Source: Lama glama (taxonomy: Eukaryota). From it: a stretch of DNA of 64,000 nt. The first letter of the stretch is position 1; each line of letters begins with the position of its first letter. The translations under genes were made by a program, and so were the position numbers. Under the pieces are notes generated by a model, which saw only the letters and a program-made list of their open reading frames with translations, did no database searches and was not told the DNA's origin. Positions 27,301 to 39,300 of the stretch are shown here, piece after piece. Where the stretch lies: the NCBI GenBank assembly GCA_028534125.1, contig CM052817.1:50036001-50100000 (forward strand). The letters run 5' to 3'.

Positions 27301-30300
27301 ATGATACCCTCTTTGGGTTGAGTTGGCCCTTGTGTTGTAGTGACTGACTACTGTGGGTGCACTGGTAAGCATGACTTGCCCCAAGTCTCATTGGTTGTCT
27401 GGTCCTGCCTAGTATGGAGGCTGCTGGCTGCTGATGGGCGGGGCCAGGTCCTGGTATGGCTGACTGTAGTGCTGGGGGTTTTGGAGCTAGTGTTGGCCTG
27501 CTGGTGGGCAAGGCTGTGACCTGGGGGGTCAGGGGTGGTCCTGGGGCTGGTGTTGATTTGCTGGTAGTCAGGGCTGGTTTCTGTTATTGGTGGCTGTGGG
27601 GTCCAGGGTATCCTGGAGCTTGTGTTGTTCCACTGTCTGGCAGAGCTGGTTCCTTGTGTTTCTGGCTGTGGGGTCCCAGGATTCCTGGAGCTGGTGTCAG
27701 CCTGATGGTGGGCAGGGCTGAGTCCCAGTGGCTGACTGTGGGGTCCAAGAGATCCAGGGGCTAGTGCTGGCCCACTGGTGAGTGGGGCTGTGTCCCCACT
27801 AGGCTAGCTTCTTGTCCTGGGGCATCCCAGGACTGGTGCCAACCAGCTAGTGAGAGGAGCTGAGACCTGGCACTAAAAAGCTAGAGGGAGGATTCCGAAA
27901 TCGTGCTTGCCATCACCAGTGTCCTTCTGGAAGAACAACTCCCCAAAATGGCTGCAACTGGCGTCTGTGTCCCCAGGGTAAGCTCCAGTTGCCTCCTGCC
28001 TCTGTGGGAGGCCCTCCAAGATCAGCACGTGGGTATGACCCAGGCTCCCTTCAAGTTACTGCATCTGCTCTGGGTCTTGGAGCATCTGCTCTGGGTCTTG
28101 GAGCATTTGAGATTTTGCCGTTTTAATTACAATGCCTTTGCCTATTAAGAGTGGAGTCTCTATTTCCTATAGCCCTCTGATTCTCCTGAAAGTAAGCCCG
28201 CTGGCCTTCAAAGCCAAACGTTCTGGGGACTTGCCTTCCTGGTGGAGAAAACTCAGACTGGGGAGCCCAGTGTTGGGCTTGGACCCCTAGTTCTCTGGGG
28301 AGAATTATACAATTGTAATTATCCCTCTATTTGTGAGTTGCCCAGCCTGGGTCTTGACTATCCCTCACTTCTGCCCCTCCTACCTGTCTTGTGGTTCCTT
28401 CTTGATATCTTTAGTTGTAGAAGGTCTTTTCGGCTAGTCTTTACATCATTCTTATCAATAGTTGCTTTGTAAAGAGTTATAATTTTAGTGTGCCTGTGGG
28501 AGGAAGTGAGCTCAGGGTCTTCCTTCTCTGCCATCTTGGCCATCCCCCCTGATCTGACATACTTTCATGCAGTTTATTTACTCTATGAAAGTTTCCTACT
28601 TGATGTGATTTTAATTCCTTGTTTGGATATCAAAGAAATCTTTGGTCAGGAACTTAAAAATTCTGGTCAAAAAAACTTTCATTATGCCTGCTAACATCTA
28701 ATGTTTTAATTTTCTTTCTGAAAAAAAGAAATTTTCAATTTTTAAACTCATTTTGGTGGTTGTACCCTTTTTAGATGCAATAATTAAAGTAGTCTGTATT
28801 TCCCTGATATCCCCTTCTTCCTGGTTTTCAGTCGCAAAAACAAAACTAGAATTTATCTGTTCCTTTTTAGATCTTTTCTTACCTACCTGCCTTTGTAGTA
28901 AGAGGAAATCACTCTTGATGCTAAACTTTTTCATTAGCTGTTTATTGCTTGCTACATTTGTTGTTTTCCAAATTCCATTTCCTCTTTAAATTCTGTTCAA
29001 AGAAACAGTCTCTTTCCTTCATATGGGAAAGATCTCTTTATTGAAAACTTACTTAAGGCTTCTCTTCTATAAATTAGATTGACAAAAATCATGAATTATT
29101 TCACAGCAGAAAAGCAGTAGTTACCTTTTTTTTTTTCAACACAGGTCATTGGTAAGTAGTGGAAGGGCCCATATATTTCATTTTACCTTTTCAGAGTATA
29201 CTCCTTTTTTTTTTGACTCGAGAGTATATGCTAGCTATGAAGCAATGGGAAAAGTTTGCATTTAACTGATAGAAAGTTGTAGATCTTACTGAGAAGATGT
29301 GACTTTAAAAAAAGATAGAGATGAAAACAGGATAAATTTAAGAAGTTCCTATAATCAAGTGTTTTTTAACTGTTGTGGTTTTCTGAGTATTCTTTGGTTC
29401 AGTAGACTTCGAATTATTTTATGATTTTCTTTGTTTTAGGAAACAAGAAAGGTAACACCAGTGTTCCTCATACAGAGGATCAGAAAAAAGATAAGGAATG
29501 CAAAAAGAAGTGTTTTTCAAGTGGGTCCAAGAAGAACAAAATTGCACCTGAAGAAGTTACTTCAACTGTCACAAGAAGTCGAAGAATTTCCAGGCGTCCA
29601 TCTAATTGGTGGGTGGTAAAATCAGAGCAGAGTAAGTATTTTTATTTAAATTATGTTTATTTATAACAGGCTGTATGTTTGATTTATACCCTTATTCTCT
29701 AAGAAAAATCTAATGAGGAAAAAATTAAATTGGGTCATCAATAGAAATAACTAATTAATTATAAAGATATTCATGAGGTTGGATCATATACAGTATTCTA
29801 GATAGAGGGATACAGCTGTAGAAAAACAAAACCAAAAGTGAAAAACCCCTGCTCTCATAGGCTTATATTCTACTGGAGGAAGACCAACAATATAGATATA
29901 TAATTCACCTGGTGATGGGTCATTAAAAAAATAAAGCAGCTAAGAATTAGAGATGGGAAGTAAATGGCAGGGGTAGGAGTAGATAGGAGAATGGAGCAGA
30001 AGACTGTTTTTATAAGAGGTAGCAATGAGAGTTGATTAGGATCTTTTAGAGCACGTATATGAATAAAGTGAAGGAGGGAGCCATATAAATAATTTGGTGT
30101 GGAGCATTCCATACCAAGGGAACAGTATTTGTAAAAGTACTGATGGACCATGCTTGGCATGTTTGAGGAACGTCAAGATCAATATGGCTGAAGAAGAGAG
30201 CAAGCCTGGGAGATGAAGTCAGAGAAGCAGGCTGTGATAAACAGTTTAGATGAAGTATATTGGAAAGCTACTAGAGGATTTTAAGCAATAAAAGTGACCT

Positions 30301-33300
30301 AATTGACTCATCTTTTAGAAGGATTATTTTCACTGCAATGTAGGGAGAGAAGTAGGGCTGGACAAAAATGGGAACATGAAGAATAGTTGGGAGATGGTTG
30401 GAGGGAAGAGAATGGAAATGGTTGGATTCAGGATTTTTTTGAAGGTAACTCACAGGAAGTACTGATTAATTAGAGTGAGAGCTGGAGTCTAGGATGATTC
30501 AGAGTTTTTTTGCTAAACTAGAAGAATGGATATACTGTTTGCTGAGATGAGTAAAGGTATGAGAGAAGCAGATTTGGGAAGGATATCAAGCTTTCTGGTT
30601 GTGATATGTTAATTAGATATCAAAATAGATATATTGAGGAGATAGCTTGATAAATGAGTCTATAAAGTTGAGGTGACATATCTGGGAGGACATAATTAGG
30701 GATTTATCAATATACAGATGATATTTAAAATTTTGGGACTGCTTAAAAATCACCTAGTAGTAGACTGTACCTAGAGAAGAAGGAAAGCCAAGAATTGAGT
30801 CCTGGAAGGCTCCAGTGTTAAGAGTAGGAAGGAGAAAGGGAGGTCCATCAGAAGAGACTGAAAAGGAGAGTTAGTGAAACAAAACGAAAATGAGGAGAGC
30901 TAAGCATTACGGAAGTGAAGTAATAAAAGCATTTTAAGGAGTGGAAGATAAACTATTTTAAATACTGCTCATGGCCTCAATTAGATGAGAGCTAAGAATT
31001 GACAGTATGGTTTTTGGCGACATGGAGGTTGTTGGTCCCCTTGATAAAAATGCTTTCTGTGGAATGATGAGATCAAAAGCCTGACTGGAATGGGTTCAAG
31101 AGGGTGTAGTAAGTGAGATAAGAGAGAGAGTAAGATAAAGGGGCATGGCAGATATGGGGTTGAGGGAAGGTCTCCCTCTCCTTTTTAATATACAAGATGC
31201 TACATCAGTTTATCTGCTCGTTAAAATGACCTTATAGAAAGGTAGAGGATAAATACAGGATCACAGTCCTTGTGTAGGCAAGGAGAGGGATGTGATCTAG
31301 TGCATAGTAAACGGGTTAGCCCTAGATATGAGCAAGGACATCATGTCATGTAAAAGAGGAAAGACAGAGTGCACGGTGACACTTGGAAGTAGACAGATAG
31401 AGTTGATGGTGGGACGATGAATGTTGAGGGGCGGAGATATTGGATAGTATCTTCCAAATTGAGAAGGAACTTTGAGACTAAAAAATGAACCAGGCAACTC
31501 CCTAAAGTGCAATTATGAAGTTTATTTTGGGTAACTTATATACAGGCAGAATCAGATGGACGATGATCCAGAGGCACTCATGGCTCACTGTGTGCAGCCA
31601 GAAGGGGTACTGGGGAATTTATAGGGACCAAAGCTAAAAATAACATCTGACTACTAGGGAGAAGCATGTCGGCACTGGCAGGAACCAGGGTTTTTTTTCT
31701 CCCCTCCACGAGTCTCATAACCATTAACCATCTGTGTCAACAGAAGTTGTTCTTCCAATTTTCATGTAAGGTGAAGGCAGGGATAAAAGTTGATAGGTAA
31801 CTTATCTGGCTTGGGCTCATTCCTTGTGAGTAGGCTAAATCTCAGTCACATAGAAAGGGGACGGGTAGGGCTGCGGGGACCAAGATGGAGCTGACAAAAT
31901 GAAGTCAGTGTGGCTCAGCCACACAACGAAAATGTACTCTTCTGACCATTTTTGTTTTCTCAGTGAAATAGTAAGAAGGGTCATCAGGTCAAAGTGAAGT
32001 GAGAAAGGTGATGACAGAAGTTTGAAGTTACCTTATAGCAAAAAGATATAAACCAAAATCAGCAGAGAAAGACTGCATGGGCAAAGTGTGAAGGAAATCA
32101 TGTGTAAGCTTCCAAGAGCCCTCTCTCAGCAGATTCATACGGGAGGCACTTAGTTCCTCTAGCTGTGAGTTTTGACAAATGTGTAAAATGTTGTCTATCA
32201 GGGAAGCTCATTAGAAGTTTCGTGCCCAAGATTTTTATTGGGGATGATCATCTAGGCACCCTCTGCCTAGCAAGTACTGAAATTCCAGACTCCCTGAAGA
32301 AAAGCAAGTATTTGTCATACTTGAAGAAAAGCAAGTATTTGTCATACGAGAACTTTTAATATGTACTCTCTGATGTACAAGCAGTTAGGCACACTAAACC
32401 ACACTTAGCAGTTAGGAAACGATAGGAACCCTCCTAAAATTCAAGTTCCTACATGCTAGCCAAGGGCTAACTTTACAAGCAGGCCTTTCAGTGGGTAACA
32501 TTCTTAGGCCTGCTGTGCCAAGTCTTTTCTGTATAATATGAAATATTTATTATTTAGGAAGTATTTTTAAAGGAGATGATAATGGAAAGATTGGTATGTG
32601 GTAAGATAGTATTTAGATCAGCAAGTGAGCGACTAGTGTATATATGGCACTGCATCTGTGAGGCATTGTTGCTATGAATTATCAAATCGTAGTCCAGTAA
32701 GAAATATTTATTCTGTTGCAGCTCTTGGATTTTATTATTTATTTATTTATTTATTTATTCATTCACTTATTTAAACTTTTTTTTTATTGAGTTAATGTCA
32801 TTTTACAATGTTGTGTCAAATTCCAGTGTAGAGCACGATTATTCAGTTATACATGAACATACATACCTTCATTGTCACATTCTCTTTCGCTGTGAGCCAC
32901 TACAAGATCCTGTATATATTTCCCTGTGCTACACAGTACAAGCTTGTTTATCTATTCTACATTTTGAAATCCCAGTTTGTCCCTTCCCACCCCCACAGCT
33001 CTTGGATTTTAGAGTTAAATCTGAGTTCAAATTATGATTCCTCCACTTTGAGTAGGTGCTTACTCTGTAAAATGTGATTACCAATACTTCTACCTCATTA
33101 AGTTGTTGTAAGGATTAAATGGCATATTTTTAGTATTAAAATATTAACTACTACTGTTACTGCTACTTATCTTTTTGCCTCAGGTTGCTGGAAACTGTAC
33201 TGTGGTAAATGAATGTGTAAATATATGAATAAATAAAAATCTTACAGAGCTTCTATATGCATGCTAGAACTCCAAAACTTACCAGAGAAGATCTGAAAAA

Positions 33301-36300
33301 TATATTAGTCCTGAAACATGTTGGGTTTCTGATCAAATAGGGAGTCACACAAGTGGAGGAATGCTTATAGATCACCTGGTCCAAACTCCTTCATCTGATG
33401 GAAGAAGTCTGAAGCCCAGAAAAGCAACCTGAGTTCCCCCTAAGGTCATAGACCTTTATGCTAGAATTAGAAAACAATAGAACCTAGATTTCTTGATTCT
33501 TGATCTTTGTGATCCTGATGCTTTTTTATTTACCTCGAGAACTGAATGCTCACTGTGAGGCAGGAATGGTTTTAGGCTGGGCCAGGACAAGATGAGGCAA
33601 GTGAATAACCTAGAATGGGAAGTTTAAGGAGGCACTTGGTCTTAGGGTTGTGTGAGTGACTCAGAGTAAATACCTTAAATTTTCCACCCTAGTTAGAATT
33701 CATATTTTTTCATTATGAGAACTTTTAATATGTACCCTCTGATGTAGAGGAAAGGAAACTCTCCTACATTGTTGGTGGGGATGTAATTTGGTGTAGCCAC
33801 TGGGGAAAACAGTATGGAGATTCCTTAAAAAACTAAAAATAAAGTTACCATATGATCCAGCAGTCCCACTCCTGGGCATATAAAGAAGTTGTGGTATAAA
33901 GAGGTTGTAGTATAGTACATATAATGGAGTACTATTCAGCAATAAAAAGAATGAAATAATGCCATTTGCAGCAATATGGATGGACCTAGAGATTATAATA
34001 CTAAGTGAAGTAGGACAGACAGGGAAAGACAAATATATGTTATCACTTATATGTGGAATCTAAAAAATAATATAAATGAGTCTATTTACAAAACAGAAAT
34101 GTTCTCACAGATGTAGAAAATAAACATGGCTACCAAAAGGGAAAGAGAGGTGGGGAAGTATAAATTAGGAGTATGGGATTTGTAAATACTAACTACTACA
34201 CATCAAGTAGATAAACAGCAAGGTCCTGTGTATAGCACAGCTAACTATAGTCAATAGCTTGTAATACCCTATTATGAAAAGAATATGAAAAAGTATATCT
34301 GTAAACTCAATCATTATGCTGTACGCTAGAAACTAATACAACATTGTAAATCAACTATGCTTCAATAAAAAGGGATATACTCTCTGATAATAATTTTGCA
34401 CTGTACATCATATTACTGTGTTTTACCCCTTAAACTTGTACAGTGTTACATGTGAGTTATATATCAGTAAAACTGAGAAAATAATTTTTTTCCAAGCTAG
34501 GCTACTCTTGCTTCACCACGGTCCTGCCGCTGGTGTTAGGCACTGGGAATATAAAGATAGGTAAAAACACCAATCTTGGTCTTAAGAAATTGTCAGTCTG
34601 CTGGAAGAGAGCGATGAGTAAAACAATCAGATGTATAATAAACATTATAAAGGAATTGAGAGAGAGCTACTCAATTTAGCCTTGGGAATTAGAGAAAGCT
34701 TCCTGAACGATGAATTAAGAGTAACCTAAGTGATTGGATGTGGTGAGGAAAAGGATGGAATATTTCAAGCAGAAGTAGCATGTGCAGAGATCTGTAGCTG
34801 AGGGCTTGACCTTTTAAAAATTGTTTCATCAGAATTATCTGGGAGAATTGTTAAAACACAAATTATAGGACCCTACTCAGAATTTTGATTTAGTAAGTCT
34901 GAGGTAAGGCCTGAGAAGTTTCATTTCCAACAAATTCACAGGTGTTGCTGATTTGCTGCTCTAGGGACTACTGGACTACCTTTTAAGACCAGTGCTTTAG
35001 AGAAATGCAGATAATTCAGTACTCCTGCCTCTTTTTGGTTTGTTTGTTTGGAGGAGAGTGTTGAGAGTTGTGGTTAACATAATAAGCACTTCAGATGTAG
35101 TAATAAATTAGTATCAAAAATATTTAGACTTAATCCTTAAGCTATAGGTAATCACTAAAAGATTCTAACCAGGGTTGTAATGATCCAACTTCTGTTTTCC
35201 AAGGATGATTCTTGAAACACTGTGAAGGGATGGATTGAAAAATGGCAAGGCTGGAGAAAGGAGATTAGTTAAGAGGCTGTTTTAATGATCCAGATAAGAA
35301 ATGATTTGAAAGACCCCGCTAATGACAGACAACAGAGCTTAAAAGAAGAGGATTTGAGAGACATTAAAAGAAAGTAGAATTTAGGAATTGCTTATGAATA
35401 GGGTCAGGATTTTTGGATGACTCAGATTTCTAATTTAGGCATCTGGGTAAATAGTTGTTTCACTGATAAAAATAAAATCAGAGGGGCAGATTTGGGGGAG
35501 AGTAGTAGGTGAATATTATAGTTATCAGCATGTACATAGTAATTAAAGTTATGGGTAGATAGGTCTCTCAGAGAGAGTACATGGAGTGAGAAGATGAAGC
35601 TAGGACGTTGCGGAAATACCAGGATCTTAAGGATGGCTAGAAGAGTAGTGGGCAGAACTGGAGAGGGTGGTTCTAGAAGCTTGTGTTTAATCTAAAAGGT
35701 TTGGTACATGTATCTATAAATGGAAGCGATGCGTAGTTTATGAATTAAATTTGAAAACAAATGTTGCCTATGATATTGGGGTATGTGTTTATATGTTAAA
35801 ATATAAATAATGTTGGTATTTTAGTGAGCCAGATAATCTGGCCAAATACTATACTAACTTCAGGTTATCATTTGATCCTTTAGGTCCTTTTTATAGCAAT
35901 TCTTCAATAAGAAATGAATTGTCAGTGTATCACAACAGTAGACGAAAACCTGCTGAAGAAGTAAACCAATCATCTAAGAATATTGGGAAAAAAACTGTCC
36001 CATTGAAAACGCAGAAGAGAGCTGCTAAAGGCAGCTCACGAGCACAGAAAGTTTTAAATGTTAAAGATTCTGGAGGAGTTATTGACCATGATGGAATTTC
36101 CAGTTGTCCCCAGAATGAGTCATTGGAAGGTGATGAGGCAGACTTGGCTAAGAAGAAAAACCTTGATCCTTCTGGGTAATGTCTGTTATGTGTGCAATAT
36201 AGTTGTTTTTGTTTGGCATTTTAATAATAGTTTGTCTATGTTTTATTTACTCATTTATAGAGCAGCAAAATTAGCATAAAGGAGTCTGCATTCTGACAGA

Positions 36301-39300
36301 CCTCGTGGTAAATCCATACTCTGCCATTAGCTAGCTAATGATACCTCAGGCAAAATACTTCTCTGAATATATTCCTCATCTTAAAATGGGGAATAATATA
36401 TAGCACATGGGATGTGAGTGATTAATAAGGTAAGTATTATTGTCACCTAACAATTGCTTCCTTATTTTAAATTGTGGTAAAAACACATTACATAAAATTT
36501 ATTTTCTGAATCATTTTAAATGTATAGTTTGAGTTGCTTTCTTTTAGGTGAAGTTAATATTACTTCAGTAATCAGGAATACATCTTATTTCTTTTCTTCA
36601 TAAGATGATAATAGTTAACATCTTTTAGTGGTTATTATATATCAAGTATTTGCTAGGTGTTTTCAGTGAATTCTCATGAGTCCTAACAACCTAGTGAGGT
36701 ATTATTCTTAATGTGTTTTTACTTTTTGATATAAATGTTCACTCATTCATTCACTCAAAAAATACTTAATACATATTATGTGTGAGAAACTACAAGGTGC
36801 TAGGGATGTATTGATATAAATGTTAGTGTTCTAAAATATATTAGTGTATGTCATTATGGTGCAGACTATCTAAACAGTATTGAATAGAACATTTCCCCCA
36901 ACTGATATATAATGCCCTCTCTGTCTTATATCACGTTTCCATATTTACATCAGCCTGTTCCTTATATCATTTAATTTTCATGAAAAATCTTGAGAGGTGA
37001 ATAGGACAGGTATTAGTTCCAGTTTTATGAAGAAGAAGGTACATATAGGTTAAATAAAGTGTGTCATTGGATACCTAGGTCTTCTGACTACTAATCCAGT
37101 TGTTTTTACTGGAATGTATTAACAAAATAGATCTCTCTTTTATTAAACAAAGCAGATAAGCCTTAGCTATGAGTTGAAAGAAATACTAAGGCAAGGGGAA
37201 GGGTATAGCTCAGTGGTAGAATGCATGCCTAGCATGCATGAGGTCCTGGATTCAATCCCTAGTACCTCCATTAAAAAAATAAATAAGTGAATAAACCTAA
37301 TTACCCCCACGCCCCCGCCAAAAACCCCAACCAAACCAAAAAAAAAAAGGAAAGAGAAAAATATTAAGGCAAAAAAAAAAAAAAGTCGAGTTTTTATGTT
37401 GAGTTTGAGTTTGAGCTTGTATCCCTAAAACAAACCTTGTTTTATGCACAGTGAGAAGGAGTTAGTCTAGTTAGAAATATCTGAAGTTGATAGTTGATTC
37501 AGTATCTGCTTAAGAAAACCTGTTTGGTATCTGGATTCATAGAAAGAAGAATCTTTCAGACATTTGTTTAGTTAAGCTGTATAGTCATTAAATACTTACT
37601 ATGTGTAGAAAATCAAATATGTAATTATTTTGGTATTCTATCTGTCATAAAGTGGAAAGATAAACTTACTTAGTGACTCTTGTGGAAACCTCAAAGATAA
37701 TTTAGATATAAAAGGCATGTTAGCAGTTTTATTGTTCTGTATTTAGGAAAGGAAAAAAAAGAGAAAACATTATTACATTATAATATGAGTATGTGTCTGC
37801 TTTGTCTAAGGAATCTTCCTGATTAGAAATATTATGTGAACTTCTCCTTTATATGAGTAGCAGATATTAAAACTTTTAACTTGTTTTAAAGTGCTATTTT
37901 TTGCTTATAACCTAGTAACCATGGTCATTAATTAAACTACAAGCTAACATCCTTCTTCCCCTCTTAAAGCCTTTAGAAAAAGAAAAATCTTAAAGAGCTA
38001 GTGCATTTAAAGTATAAGAAGCAATTTCTTTGAGTTTCTCTCATTTAAAATTTTTATAAGCATTCTAATTTTTGTATTATTTCTCTAAGCCATTTGGAGT
38101 AGAAGCTCACTACATTAGATTTTTTAACAACTTAATTGAGGTATAATTCACATGCAGGTCACTCATGAAATGTGTTCAGTTGTATTCATAGAGAAGTGCA
38201 AACCATCAAAACAGTTAATTTTAGAACATTTTCATCACCAGTATCCTTCAGTGATCATCTCCCTGTCCCTCTCCCCAACAACCCTAAGCGACTGCTAACC
38301 TAATTTATGTCTCTATAGATTTCTCTTCTCTGAACTTTCATGTGAATGAAATCACATAGGATCAAGTTTTTTTGTATTGGTTTCTTTCATTTTGTGTATT
38401 TTGTGTTTTACATGTGTTGTACCATGTATCAGTACTTCATTCCTTTTTATGACTGAGTACTATTTTGTTTTGTTACACCAAATTTTGTTTATTCATTTAT
38501 CCATTGGTGGACATTTGAGTTGCTTCTACCGTTTGGCTATTACAGAGTAATGCTGATATAAACATTTGTGTACAAGTGGAATTGCCAAGTCGTGTAATAA
38601 CTCTTCCTTTAATCTTTTGAGGAACTGCAAGACTGTTTTCCAAAGCATTTGCACCATTTTACATTCCTACCAGCAGTGTATGAGGCTTCCAGTGTCTTCA
38701 CATCCTTGTCAACATTTGTTATTACCTGCCTTTGATTCTAGCCATTCTAGTTGGTAGGAAATGGTATTTCATTGCGATTTTCATTTTCATTTCCATGAGG
38801 ACTAATGATGTCAAGCATCTTTTGTGTGCTTATTGGCCATTTACATATCTTTACAGATTTTTTCAGGTCCTTTGCCTAATTTTAAATTGGGTTGTCTTTT
38901 TTATTGAATTCTAAGAGGTATTTATGTATTCTAGATACAACTCTCTTTTCAGATAAATGATTTGCAAATATTCTGTCTCATTCTTTGGGTTGTCTCACTT
39001 TCTTGATTGTGTCCTTTGAAGCACAAAAGTTTTTAATTTTCATAAAGTCTCATTTATCTATTTTGTCTGTTGTTGCTTGTACTTTTGGTGTCATATCTAA
39101 GAACCCTTTTCTCAATTCAAATTTAAAAATATTTACTCCTGCTTTTTTCCTAAGTTTTAGCTTTTTTATAGTTTTAGCTCTTAAATTTAAGTCTTTGATC
39201 CATTTTGAGTTATTTTTTGTATATCCTGTGAAGGGTCCAACTTCATTCTTTTGGATTGTGACTATCCAGTTGTCCCATAACTATAGAAAAGACATTTATT

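Noticed and set aside
27248..28694. Cluster of overlapping ORFs or a CpG-island-like second gene
   Set aside because: GC-rich but CpG-poor L1 5' UTR, where low stop-codon density explains the ORFs
35884..35897. Alternative acceptor tttttatag at 35896 as the true start of exon 10
   Set aside because: The 13-nt shift breaks the frame; homology (SPFYSNSS) supports 35884
37195..37270. Functional tRNA-Ala(AGC) genes (also at 52341, 52755, 16445 and 47060)
   Set aside because: They have A-rich tails, TSDs, mutated stems and anticodon loops, and no Pol III terminator, so they are SINE retrocopies
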